A stretch of 64,000 bases of DNA from Pseudogymnoascus verrucosus. Its lineage: Eukaryota. Below, one piece after another: positions 37,667 to 49,478 of the stretch (within the stretch, counting starts at the first letter, position 1; every line of letters starts with the position of its first letter). Location of the stretch: assembly GCA_001662655.1 (NCBI GenBank), contig KV460222.1. The stretch is one strand, 5' to 3'. Under the pieces are notes generated by a model. That model was not told the DNA's origin. It worked only from the letters and a program-made list of their open reading frames with translations, and ran no database searches. A program made the position numbers and the translations under genes.

Positions 37667-38020
37667 ATGCTGGTTCGCCGCACCCAACACATCAAAATGA
37701 CGTTCCCAAAGCGCCCCAAGAAAAGATCGAAGAGCTCTTCCAAAAAGAGTCAAAACAAGACCCCGGAGCAGCCTCCGCAGCAAAGCTTCCGTTCAAGCAG
37801 TCAAGTCCTCTGCCCTAAACGGGACAAGAGACGCAGTGGCGAAAAAAGCTGCCGCATCAAAGCCCATCCGACTGTCCCTGGTGGCCGCTACTGCGACAGG
37901 CACCAAAAGCTGTGTCGTCTTTGTGAGGGCTCGCCGAGGCATAAGATCACTGAGAAGTGCCCCAGTTGCATGATCAGGTGGAAGAAAGAAGAGCTGGAGA
38001 AGAAGACGGAGAAGACCTAG
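37667..38020 (+). CDS. Orphan basic, Cys/His-rich small protein
   Basis: TATAAATA at ~37520; KRPKKRSK; CRIKAH...YCDRHQKLCRLC...H...CPSC. Confidence 0.45.
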   Translation: MLVRRTQHIKMTFPKRPKKRSKSSSKKSQNKTPEQPPQQSFRSSSQVLCPKRDKRRSGEKSCRIKAHPTVPGGRYCDRHQKLCRLCEGSPRHKITEKCPSCMIRWKKEELEKKTEKT

Positions 38021-38029
38021 ATAGGAATC

Positions 38030-38255
38030 AGAGAAAGAAGAAGAAGAGGAAGACCAGAAAGAAGAAGAGGAGAAAAAAACAGACAAAAAAGAGAACCAGA
38101 CAAGAAAAAGAACAAGAGGACGAGGAAGGAAGAGAGGAAAAAGAAAAAGAGGAGGAACAAGAAGAAGAAGGGGAACAAGAAGAAGAGGAGGAACAAGAAG
38201 AAGAAGAGGAACAAGAACAGAGGAAATAAATTGGACAAGAAGAAGAAGAAGAATT
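38030..38255 (+). repeat. Purine-rich (GAA/GAG) low-complexity tract
   Basis: Almost no T on + strand; GAACAAGAAGAAGA repeats. Confidence 0.8.
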
Positions 38256-38376
38256 ACACAATGAGTAAGTGGAAAGATGGGCCAACACGGCTTCATACCA
38301 GCATCTATTTTAAATATCCCATATATTCGATGGTGCTAGTCAATTATCTATAAACATGGCAATATATATATACATC

Positions 38377-40818
38377 TCATGCTTTCAACTCTCGTACAAT
38401 ATTGAACACTTCGTAATCGTCGTCCGCATCTGGCACCTTGCCAATCTTCTCCAGTTCAGCCCAGACTTCTGGGTATGTTATTTGAGCCCAAGTCTCAACC
38501 GCGTCCTTCTTAGTCTGCCCTGGCACGACATTATAGAATATGCCCAACCTTGAGTTTGGGTTAGCCATGCATCCTGGAAGATAGTCTGCGGATATCACTT
38601 ACGTATTAACATCCGGTCCAAAATCCACATCCTCCTCCATCCCCTCAATCAACTTCTTAACCTCCTCCACAAGACCCTGTCCCGCCAAAGCTCCGACGTA
38701 TGCATTAAACACCTCAGGAGTAATCTCAATCTCCATCCTCTTCATCGTGCCCCAAATCTCCTTGGCAGGTTTCTCACCAAAATCGTTCTTCTCACAAGCC
38801 CGGAACACCATCTCCAGACTCGCATAGCTCGGTCCCTCCCTACTATTCGTGACATCGATCCAGAAATCCAGCGCGCGGTCCGCATCGCCCACAGCCGTGA
38901 ACGCGGCCATCAGCGAGTTATACAGCTTCGTCGACGGCTCCACCGTTGAGTCCATCTTCATCATGTTGTGCACCATATCCAGGCTCTCATCGTCCGCGCA
39001 CTTCCCGATTCCCAGAAAGCAAGCCACATACGTGTCGATATTCGGCCGGATCTCGGGAAGATCGTGCTGCCGCATGTGTCCAAAGGCGTGGCAGGCCATA
39101 TCGGAGCGGCGGCGATCGAAGAACTCTGTCATGAGGCGCGTGCGCAGGTCACGCCCGGTCTCGGGATACACACTGCGTAGAACGGTATAGGCGTCCCAGA
39201 CCTGAGCGGTGCTGTTGCTGCGGTCGAGACAGTAGTCGAAGATGGCATCGCGGGTGCGATCGCGGTCTTCGAGATCGTGGTGGAAGACGTTGCGTTGGAG
39301 CGCATTGACTACTTCGGTCATGTCGCCGCGCTTGAGGTGGAGTATGACGAGGGATGATAAGGTATCGGCTTCTAGGCGCGCATTTCGCTCCTCAAGGTCC
39401 GTTACGACCGACATAATTTTGTCGTAGTTTGGAGATGATGTAGAGCACAAAGCTCGTATGTATTTGTTGGCAACGGGGATATCTTGTCTTTCGGAAAGAT
39501 CCTCCGCCCTCAGTGCATCATATGCGCCCTGCGCACCGGAAAGATCCTGAGCGTCGATCCGGTAGTCCATTTGCATAATATATGTTTTGGCATTTGGCCG
39601 GATGCCACGTCTCTCGGCGAGCGCAACATATCTCTCGGCCAGGTAATGATTCTTCCTCGATATGGCGGACTCCACTAGTTTGTTAAAGGTATCCATATCC
39701 GGCTGCTTATAACTCTCGTCGTTGTGCTTTGCCATAACATCCATCATGCGCTCTACCTCCTCTGGACCTTTCTCAAGCCCTTCCGCAGCCCAAAGTAAAA
39801 TAACATCCCAGTTTGCTTTATCCGGATTCGACTGGACGATTGAACGGAATATCGGATTCAGCCATTCCAGCTCGTTGTTCCGGAGAGCGAAATGTAATAT
39901 AGACAACAGTGTCGACGCTCTCGGATATGCGATTTCCTCATTGGCCTTTGCCGCAATCCGCTTGGTGAACCACTCCTTGGCCTTGGTCACATTGTTTCTG
40001 GACGCGTAAAAGCTCGTCATGATATCCTGCACCGCGGCATCATACTGCAATCCGCTCGCAGAAGCCATGTTGAAAGTCTCCGCCAGCTCTGCCTCTTTGC
40101 CTTCTGCAGAAAACCCATCCATCACGTATAACCACATTGTCTTGATCTGCTTGCTCCCATGGTCGTTCAGCTCCTTCCCTTCGGCCAGATATTGAACAAG
40201 GTAGTCCCTCGCCTCCAGTGTATTCCCCGTCGCCGTAAGCACCTTCACAAAATCCCTGGCCTCCACCAGCAACGCCCCTGGATTCTCCTGCCCCACCCTC
40301 CGACTCAGCTCTTCAAACACCTCCCTCGCAAAATCGACATGTTCGCTCGACGGCTTCGCAGGCAGAATCTTCATCGCATCCCTCGCGCGCTTCAGATCAA
40401 ACGTTTTCAGCCCGAACTCCGGCTCCGCACTATTTGTGTCCCTCAGATGCTGGAAAGTTCGCAGCACATACGACGCCTGCAGTGTATTGATCGGCTCCTT
40501 TAGGCCAGCCTTGTGCGCTACAAACTGTCGGAAAGCCTTCGCGAGGTCCTCGGCGGGGGGCGAGCGCGCGCGCAACGTGTTCATCAGGCCCAGGTCGAGT
40601 AGCGTCGAGAAGCCAGGATCCATATCCGGGTCTTTGATGCCACGTTCGGGCTTAGGTGAGAAGCCGAAGACAGAGGCATAGCGTCGGGTGGACGGCTGCA
40701 AGGCAGATACCGCGCCGCATCGTAGGCTTTGAAGGGCTGGGCGATGGGGACAGCGGAAGTTGAAGCCTTCGTTGCGGAGGAGGCGCCGGAAGACGGTGCG
40801 CGTTAGGTGCGAGCGCAT
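38377..40818 (-). CDS. cia84: Mitochondrial PPR protein, complex I intermediate-associated protein 84-like
   Basis: MRSHLTRTVFRRLL presequence; PPR motifs (PDMDTFNKLV, PSTKLYNSLMAAF, TPEVFNAYVGAL); intron 38549-38602. Confidence 0.85.
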
Positions 40819-41354
40819 TGTGAGGGGAGATTATATGGTACAAGTGGGAAAAAGGCTACATGGATCAGTATGATCCAGGTAATGATAGAAAGACGGGTAG
40901 AACCCACGGAACCATTGTTGTCGTCGCAATTGAGCACCTCTGATGGAGAAATAGTTTTGCAGCTATCGCGGCCATGGACAACCCAAAATGTCGACGGCAA
41001 TCCCCGCATCGGCAACTAGCCTGATGCGGTAATTCTTGACAACAGGGTCCAGGTCTCCTTCAACAACTCGATAAAAGGGCAAAATTTGTGAAATAAATAA
41101 AAATATGTTAATACGCGCAGGTTAGGTGAAAAATTGTATTAAAGAATTAGGTATTTATAACTCTTGGAATCCTGTTTATCGTACGCATGCCCCCCACGAA
41201 GTTATCATCGACGCCAAACCTGGAAAGGAGGCCTAGGTTCTCATATGATTACTTCTTATTTCGGCAAACCTGGCTTCTTTATAAGAGGGTTATTGTTAAT
41301 ATCACCTATACTTATTTGCCCGAGCATACTCTAAGCGTAATATAGCTTGAAGTC

Positions 41355-41792
41355 ATCGAGGAAGCTGCGACCGAGGCATTCCTTCGTATCGTTCCTTCCC
41401 AATATATAGCCTGAGAGATCTGAGGAAGCTACGACTGACGCATTGCTTGATAATCGTTCCTTCTATATCAAGAGCTCAAACCTATGAGGAAGCTGCGGCC
41501 CAGGCTTTCTTGGTAATCGTTCCTTCCATATCTACAACCTCAACGTTCCCGAGGAAGCTGCGATCGAGCCATGGATTGGTAACCGTTCCTACTATGTCTA
41601 TGACAAGATGGCTTCAAGGAAGCTGCGACTGGGGGCTTTGCTTGGCAATCGTTCTTTCCATATCAAGAAATTGAAAGCTCCGAGGAAGATGCGATTGAGG
41701 CTTGCTTGGCAATCGTTCCTTCCATATCTATATCCTCAAAGGCCCCCGAAGAAGCTGCGACTGGAGCTTGCCTGATAATCGTTCTTTCCGTA
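41355..41792 (-). repeat. Tandem array of 7 ~65-bp dyad units, reverse complement of the 5455-5700 array
   Basis: GAGGAAGCTGCGA-type boxes at 41358, 41422, 41486, 41551, 41616, 41682, 41748, each followed by AATCGTTCYTTCC-type boxes. Confidence 0.95.
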
Positions 41793-41923
41793 TTATTATT
41801 TATATATGCATGATCCGCACATCATTCACTTGCACGCCTTACTCCTAAAATGCCTAAACTACCACCCTAACGCTTCTAAACCGAAGAAAACCCCACACTC
41901 TAGCTGCAATGCAGCGCCCGCTT

Positions 41924-43537
41924 TTACAACAAAGCCTCCAAACCACCATCCCCATCCACACCCATAGCATCAGCGTCCTTCCCCCTCCTCCCCTCCACCC
42001 TCCTCGCCCCCAAAAGTGCACCAACACAATACAACCCCACCACAGCCACCACCGCAAACGGCCCTCCCCTCCACAACCCCCCCCACTCCAATCCAATCCC
42101 ATACAACTTCGCCAACACCGGCCCGCCCACAATACTCCCCAAAATCTCCACCACCCCAACCGCCGCATACAAACTCGCCACCTGACTCGCCGGAACCAGC
42201 TCCGTCAGTAACGACCGACACAGTCCCATGAACCCGCTCCCGAGCGAGAAGATAGCAAGCGCCGTCAAAACCAGCGCCAGCGGCGGCGAGAGCGCGAGTA
42301 AAACGCACCCTGTGACCATGGCGCCCGCCGAGAGGAGAGCGAGGAGGTAATCCTTCGCGCGCGTAGAGAGGGCGGGTCCGCGTGGGCGAGTGAGGAGGTG
42401 CGAGGCGATGGGGAGGATGGCGAGGATGACGCTCATGTCGATAGCGGCGCGGACGGACATGAGGTAGCCTGCCTGTGCGAGGGACCAGTGGAAGCGAGTT
42501 GAGACGTCGCGGAGGGCGAGCTGGACCATCTGTACGGCGAGGACGACGAGGAAGAAGGTGGAGAGGAGGAGGATGGCGGGAGTGGAGTTGAACATTGATG
42601 ATGTTGAGGCTATGGTTGTGCGGAGGTGGTCTTTGATGGAGGTGAGGAGGCTGGATGGTTGGTGAGGTGGAGAGGTGGTGAGGGGTGATACTGGGGCGGA
42701 TGTGGAAATGGGTTTGGTTGGGCGGGCGTGTAACGACTCGGGAACGAAGAGGAAGCATACTCCGCCCACGGCTATTATGACTATGCCTAACAGCATTGGT
42801 GGATACGGCGACCAGCTCATGAGTCTGCCGGAGAGTATGGGACCTAAGATCTGAGCTCCTAGGCTGCCGCTCATTATTATTAGGAAGGTCTGGGCGCGGC
42901 TCTCTGCAGGAGCAACGTCGGCGACGGTAGCGAAGAGCATAGCGGAAGTCACGGCGGCGCCGCCGCCGATGACCTGCAAGAGCGGCACGGCCCAGACGAG
43001 GCGAAGGGGAAACACGCGCCACCACCAACAGATGGCGAGGTTCAAGAGCTCACCGAGCTCTATACCGATCACGGAAAGGATGAAGACGGGTTTGCGGCCG
43101 ATGCGGTCCGCGAGAATGCCATATGGCATGGAGAACAGGAGACTGGGAATGGAGGTGGCGACGAAGAGGCCTCCAAAGACCGTGGCGAGCTCGGCCTGGA
43201 CGGGGCCAACTTTGCAGAGCGACTCATCGATCGGGGTGTCGAGGGAGAGATGGGATGTGCCTTTTAGGTTATCGTAGTAGTGGTGGCAGATGATATCCTC
43301 ATAGATGCGAGACTGAGGCATAGTCATCATGTATGCGCCGAGGTTGATGAGAAACATCACGCCCGTGAGGAGGGCAATGATGAGGCGGTGGTCGTGCAGC
43401 GTTGGCAAGCGATTTGGCAAGTGTGATATAGACGGCTTTCGCTGCCTAGTGCTAGGGAGGAGAGGCTCATTCTCCTGTTCGGACTCATGATGATGAGCCA
43501 TGCCGTAGTCGTCGAGTTCGGTCGCTGCCGCTTGCAA
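41924..43537 (-). CDS. MFS transporter, intronless
   Basis: Multiple hydrophobic helices; motif A GILADRIGRKPV; EDIICHHYY...CK loop. Confidence 0.9.
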   Translation of the reverse strand: MQAAATELDDYGMAHHHESEQENEPLLPSTRQRKPSISHLPNRLPTLHDHRLIIALLTGVMFLINLGAYMMTMPQSRIYEDIICHHYYDNLKGTSHLSLDTPIDESLCKVGPVQAELATVFGGLFVATSIPSLLFSMPYGILADRIGRKPVFILSVIGIELGELLNLAICWWWRVFPLRLVWAVPLLQVIGGGAAVTSAMLFATVADVAPAESRAQTFLIIMSGSLGAQILGPILSGRLMSWSPYPPMLLGIVIIAVGGVCFLFVPESLHARPTKPISTSAPVSPLTTSPPHQPSSLLTSIKDHLRTTIASTSSMFNSTPAILLLSTFFLVVLAVQMVQLALRDVSTRFHWSLAQAGYLMSVRAAIDMSVILAILPIASHLLTRPRGPALSTRAKDYLLALLSAGAMVTGCVLLALSPPLALVLTALAIFSLGSGFMGLCRSLLTELVPASQVASLYAAVGVVEILGSIVGGPVLAKLYGIGLEWGGLWRGGPFAVVAVVGLYCVGALLGARRVEGRRGKDADAMGVDGDGGLEALL

Positions 43538-44504
43538 TTAAGTCTCCGTCACCGCCAGCGAGAATTGGCAATCAATACTAAGCAAGCAGGCTCTGCAACC
43601 AAAGAAAACAAAATCACAAAACGGCGGCGACGATGCGAACTCTATATAAACACAGCACATACGTAGTTAGATTACGTTACAGAGGGCATAATCACGAATG
43701 CCACGCGGTGTTCCAAGACTGTATTGCTAGCGTCGCGATATTATTGGTGATAAGCCGTGTCAAAACGGGAAGGTCGCTGATGGGAGTATGCACGGTGCCA
43801 ATCGGGAAAATGATGTGCCTTGGTCCTTGGCTGACAGCCATGACACCCAGGCTTGGCATTGCTTTTGTTTTTCATTGTTGGCTGACGATATTATTTCTAC
43901 ATACGCGGCCTTGAGAAGGGGGATTATATTACCATTATATTATCATGACGCGTCAGAATAGCGACTTAATACGACTGCTTTTATACGCGGATGGCTTTTT
44001 AAACCGAGATAATATTGTACATGGACAACACGGTTTCATTTACTGTTCCTGTAGCTAACTCAAGGCGCACATGTGGCATTTGTGCATCTGTAGCTAATTC
44101 GACATGGACATGTGGCATTATCGTGTGTTTGTAGTCTGAGGCAGTCGAATGAGAATTGTCTTGTATCTGAGCTAATCTAAGGAAGACATATGAGACAGAG
44201 CTATGTTTTTCTCACACGTATCATCAGTTGTCTCAAAACATGCTGTCCACAATTTTGTCGTCTATTTTCTTGCCTATAAAGTGGTCCTGAGACGGAAGAA
44301 TAAAATAACAACTTGATTGGAGAAGAAGAGAATAAACGCCTTCGAAATGAACGAGACTGATGTTTGAAGTGTGTCATGGTGCATGTCTCTCTCAAGACGT
44401 AGACCTTAACAAGAGAGCACGAGATTCGAAGCACACCGTCAACATCCCCAGCTTATCCAATCCCCAACCCCCGTGCCTTCCCGACACCCCCGCAAACCCC
44501 ACTC

Positions 44505-45356
44505 TCACTCACCCACCCATCCCTCCACGAGCCTCATTTTCCTATCCTCCTCCCTCCCCCTCTTCTCCTTCTCCGCCTTCTTCTTCGCCATCCTCCTCTT
44601 CTGCGTATCTGTCACATACGCAAGCCTCGCCTCTCTAAGGGCCATCTTCTTTTCCTCCTCCGTCCTAGTGTCTTCCTCCTCCTTCTTCTTCTCCTCCTCC
44701 ATTATTTTCTCTTCATTGAACTCCCTCATAACAACCTCGTACATCCTCTTCTCCTCTGCCTTTCTCTGTTTCTCTATCTTCCTCTCCTCTTCTTTCCTCT
44801 CTTCCTCCGCTTTCCTCTCTTCTTCCTCTGCCTTTCTATCCTCATCCGTCTCCCGCATCTCTACCACCACCCTATCCATCTCCTTCCTCGCAATCTTCAG
44901 AATCTCATTCGCCGCCTCATGCGGCTCACCGATTTCCTCCCCCTCCGCTGCGAAAAATGCAGTCACGAGCTCAGTTGCGATCGCGAGGTACTGCTCGCCA
45001 CGCGCAGGACTCGTGCGTGTTAGCACCGCGGCGTCGCTGCAGAGGACTTGCACGGCGGTTAGGAGGAGTTGTTGCGAGGTGTGAGATTCGAGGGCGTCGA
45101 AGAGGTGGGCGTTTGCGCGGGTGAGGGGCGGTGAGGGAGAGAGATCTGTTGGGGGATTTGGGGAGATAGCTGCGGTTGAGGAGGGGTCAAAAGGAGCAGG
45201 AGTGGTGAGGGCTGTGGGAGGGGTGGAGGAGGGCTCGGAGGATGGTTCGGAGGGGGAGTTGGAGGGGGAATTAGAGATGGGACTTGAGGATAGACTTGAA
45301 GATGAAGCTGCCGACGAGCTCAATGAGGGCCCAGAAGAAGAACCAGACGACGCCAT
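44505..45356 (-). CDS. Orphan protein: Ser/Pro-rich N-terminus, short globular core, E/K/R-rich helical tail
   Basis: 283-aa intronless ORF with low-complexity ends. Confidence 0.5.
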   Translation of the reverse strand: MASSGSSSGPSLSSSAASSSSLSSSPISNSPSNSPSEPSSEPSSTPPTALTTPAPFDPSSTAAISPNPPTDLSPSPPLTRANAHLFDALESHTSQQLLLTAVQVLCSDAAVLTRTSPARGEQYLAIATELVTAFFAAEGEEIGEPHEAANEILKIARKEMDRVVVEMRETDEDRKAEEEERKAEEERKEEERKIEKQRKAEEKRMYEVVMREFNEEKIMEEEKKKEEEDTRTEEEKKMALREARLAYVTDTQKRRMAKKKAEKEKRGREEDRKMRLVEGWVGE

Positions 45357-46043
45357 TGAGAAGCACAGAGTAACAGTCCCGTGATATCGTTGAAGGTTAC
45401 GTTGTTTGTGCCCGATGTTAAATCACCCCAACTGCCTGCTCGGGAGTGAAGCTCGTTACACGATCCTACAATGTGCTCACAGAATGCCGGAGTACACAAA
45501 CTCTTATACCCCCCGCTTCTCCCTCCCCCCCAAGGCTACCACCACAACACCGCCCTGTCTCGGGAGTTCTCCCACCGCAAACCTGCTGTGTATGAAACTC
45601 CTTTACCTGCGCGCTGTTAAGGGGGAGCATACCACGGTACTGCTGGAAAAGCGAAGCACATAAAGAGAAGATGCGGCAGGATGATAGACACTTCCTATCA
45701 ACCGGGCTTATATAACCCTCATCTCGTCGGGCGGTAGGTAGTTGTCTCGGAACTTCCCCAGGTTCGTACACCTGCAGAATATGAGAACGCACCTCCCCCC
45801 CCCCCCCACAAGCGACGGTGAGGGTATGACAAACAAACCCTGTAGAACCCTATTGCAACACCAACGGAAGACATATCGGGAGTAAAAGTACGTATGGTCC
45901 CGATACCAACGGCTGTCTGTGCGATGTAGGGGCCCGACTAAAACATAACATCCCGCTACCCGCGGTTCCGACGGGATCGCGGGAAGATCAGATGACGGTT
46001 GTTAGCTGGTGCAAACGGCGACTGACGAACCGATCATGATCCC

Positions 46044-46323
46044 TCGCTCTTTCCCTATATCGTCCCTTCCATCTATAGTTATATCTCTGAATCGCTCTTT
46101 CCCGTAGAGTACTCTTTCCCGGGGTCGCTCTTTCCTTAGACAGCACTAGCCCTGGTCGTCGTTGATCCAGATCGCTCTTTCCCTCTCTCACTATTTCCAC
46201 GACCTGCTCCTACCCTCTCGCCATTAATCCTGTTCGCTCTTGCCGCTTCTTACCCCTTCCATGTTTCCCTAGATTGTTCACTCCTCCTCTCACCCCCACT
46301 CTCCCCCCGGGTCGCTCCTTCCC
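46044..46323 (+). repeat. Cluster of ~8 direct copies of TCGCTCYTTCC
   Basis: Exact or near copies at 46044, 46060, 46092, 46110, 46125, 46172, 46234, 46312. Confidence 0.8.
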
Positions 46324-46739
46324 ATTCCCCTATAAACGCCCACAAACCAAAAACGGGGCCCGTCCCTATGATACTAGTCTAACATCCACCCGTCCCCTCC
46401 CCCACCACCACGCCCCCCGCCAAAGCTAGCACAGACGCGCGCCTACGAAACATAACCACCGGAAATCACAGCAAAGTAGGTAGCTATATGCAATAATCCG
46501 TTTCTCTACCTAACCTACATAACACCCACACCCACCCCCACCCCGTCCACACAACCCCCCCACCCGTGGCAACGACCGCGGCAACCTACATCATAACATC
46601 ATCACATACCCCTTCCTCCCTCCCCATAGATGATCCCTATCTGCATGTAACGCCTTCACCCCCAAGCCCGTTGAACCACACCACAAACGCCCTGGTTAAC
46701 AGTCGCATAAATGAAAGAAAATCCTGGTTTCTATCCCAT

Positions 46740-46845
46740 CCACGCCTATGCCTATGCCTGTATCCGTGTCCATGTCCATGCCCGTGTCCTTATCCATGCC
46801 TGTTTCCGTGTCCATGTCCATGTCCATGCCTGTATCCGTGTCCAG
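46740..46845 (+). repeat. Degenerate hexamer microsatellite (TGTCCA/TGTCCG/TGCCTA)
   Basis: Visible tandem repeats downstream of the patatin gene. Confidence 0.75.
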
Positions 46846-47157
46846 CTCGTGAAATGTAGTTTTGTGGTTTTTTGATTTGAAGTTTAAACGACCGGTCGGT
46901 ACACAGATCCCGGTATCCGTGTTCGATCCGATCCAATATCCAGCATCGGGATAGAGTCATCTACCCCCCGCCCCCCACACCCAGTTCAATCAAGGCCCTC
47001 CCGCACAGAAAACGCTCCAAAAACGCCTGCAACCGGGTATTCCAACCAACTAAACAACTAAACAACCAAACAACCAGTCTCCCCCCTTCCCCGCCCCTCT
47101 CCACCCCTCAAACCCCCACCAAACCGAAAAATAAATATAACGAACAAGAACCCCCCC

Positions 47158-49213
47158 CTACCTCCCATTCCACTCCGGCTTCCTCGCCATATTAACCACC
47201 GGCGGCGGTCCATCATCCAACGGATACGGCGGCCCTAGCGTCGACACCGAGCTGGGCACCCTCCTATGCTCCCGCACCCCCATAATCGGCGTCTTCGGCG
47301 GCAACGGCGGCGGTTCCATCCCCCCATTGCCCTGCTCCTCATCCCCCTCCACGATAGCGATCTTATCCCGTCCCCCCGCAGTCCAGTACTGCGCCGGCGT
47401 TGGGGCATGGGATGTCAACCTATCTCCTCCTCCTCCCCAACCGCCCCCGCCGGCAGTAGCGCTAGTAGGTGTAGTAGACAAAGCAGACACAGGACGTCCA
47501 TCATCGCTTGTCCTCGGACTACCCCGGATGGGGGAGGGTACACCGAGGGATTCAGCGCCGAGATCGTAGCTGCGTCGCGAACTTGGCCGCGCTGCGGGCA
47601 CTGCAGACCCAGGTGGTACCTCAGCGGGTAACTCGGCCGCGAAAGAGGGGTACGGCGTCTCCGGTACATTCTGCAAAGTCATCCTCCTCGGGTCCCTGGG
47701 TGGCGGGACAAGTGGTGGCGGCGGCGCCGGATCACGACCACGCAAACGCGTGAGAAAGATGCGTGCTAATCGCGTGGCGGCATTGAGTGACATAGCCTGT
47801 ACATCCGGCCTCGCGAGATACCGTCTCGTGGACGTCGAGATATCCGCCAGACGTCCCCACTCATTCATCCCGAAATCCCCGACGCCAACCTCGACATTGA
47901 GGCGGATGTAGGAGTCTATCTCGATGTTCCTGGCAGCGAGGAGGGCGGGCATGGAAAGATGCGTCGTCTCGCACCCTTCGATCTTGGAAATTAATCTGCG
48001 TCGCGCCTCGGCGAAGTCGCCGAGGAAATCGTCGTACCAGAGGTGACTATTCGCATCTGTGTTCGAGGGCCTCTTCCCGGTACCTATAGAAATAAACGTC
48101 CCCACCGGCCTCCCAGGGTATTCATTCAGCGTCACCTCGTCCAGCGCGATCGGGGCAGGGTTGAAGCGCCCGTGGACTTCGTCGATGAATACCGACTGCC
48201 CGATTTGGATGGGTTTGAAGGCTAATCCGGTCGCGGAGGTGGCGCGCCCGGCTTGCCAGATCGTGCAGTTGAATTCGGGGGCGGGTTCTTTGCGGGAGTC
48301 GTAGGAGCGGAGGAGGGCGGGGGGGGCGCCTTTGGGGGTGTTTTGGTAGACTGCTGTTACGGCGCTAAGGGGTGTTAGTTGGGGTTTGTGAGAATGGAGG
48401 TGGGTTGGTTGAAGGGGGGATAGTGGGAGTGTGACAGAAAGATGATGATGGATTGGATAGGGGACTTACGTCTTCGTGCGATTCTCCCTCATATCATAAA
48501 GCAGCGCATTTGCATCCCCATACCTCGCCGAAGTGGACCACTTCCTATCCCCATACGTGCTCCTCGGCCCCCTCGCCGAAAAGCTCATAATACTCGCATT
48601 ACTATGATGCCTCTTCACCCCCTCGCTCCTCCCACTATCCCCCCTACCCAACGGATACCCAACAGGACTCTGCACATCCTCAAACGCCTCCCCATCATTC
48701 CCCTCGCTCTGAAACACCGTATGCTCCCTCACGCACTCGCGGATCGCTTCTTCAAGCTTACTCGCCTTGAACAGCGTGCTCCGGTACGGGATCCCCGCGA
48801 TGGTCTTGTCGGTCTCGAAGACCTTGCGCGTCATCCGCACGTAGACTTCTTTGCATGTCTCGAGGTCGAGACGCAGGCGACCGAGCATTATCGCGATTAG
48901 TCCGCCCGTGCCCGTGCCGACGATCAGGTCGAAGTGATCGCATGGTTTTGGGATCTCAGAGCGCTTCGGGGCGCGTCCTTCGATCTCGACAAAGGTCCGG
49001 TGCATGAGCTCTTGCAGGATGATGAAGACGCTGTAGCCGCGCACGCCGCCGCCATCTGGGGAGAAGAAGAAGAAGTTAGCGCAGTCCAGGCAGAGGCGCA
49101 AAGGCGCGGGGATGGAAGGGTGAAGGGAGGAGGAGGGAGTTACCTAGAGAGAGGACGCGCAGAGGTGCGCCTTTCGTGGTGTCCTTCCGGCGTAATCCTG
49201 TGTTGGTCTCCAT
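47158..49213 (-). CDS. Patatin-like phospholipase-family protein with non-canonical catalytic motifs; 3 exons
   Basis: PLRVLSL|DGGGVRG, FDLIVGTGTGG, WQAGRATSA, FIDEVHG; introns ~49057-49143 and ~48366-48469; Pro-rich tail. Confidence 0.9.
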
Positions 49214-49445
49214 GGTGGCCGTTGGTGGGGGAGAGACCCTTTGTTGTCGCCTGGAGATGTGCGCTCGCTCGCTCGCTCGCTCGCTGCCCCGCAGTGTTCG
49301 GGTACTGGTGGCTGTAGCTCCCGCCGCGGCGTCGCTTGTGTGGTTTGTATGTTCTGTCTGTGTGTAGTGGTGATGCGATGGAGTTGGTTTATATATCGGA
49401 TTCGTGAGTATGTTGTAAGGATCGTTGGTGATTCAGTTAAAGATT

Positions 49446-49478
49446 GTAGTAGTAGAGTAGAGTAGAGTAGAGTAGAGT
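49446..49478 (+). repeat. (AGTAG)n microsatellite
   Basis: Direct read. Confidence 0.85.

Noticed and set aside
41355..41792. 65-bp arrays as CRISPR arrays
   Set aside because: Eukaryotic context, no cas genes, repeats are degenerate and spacers are partly similar to each other
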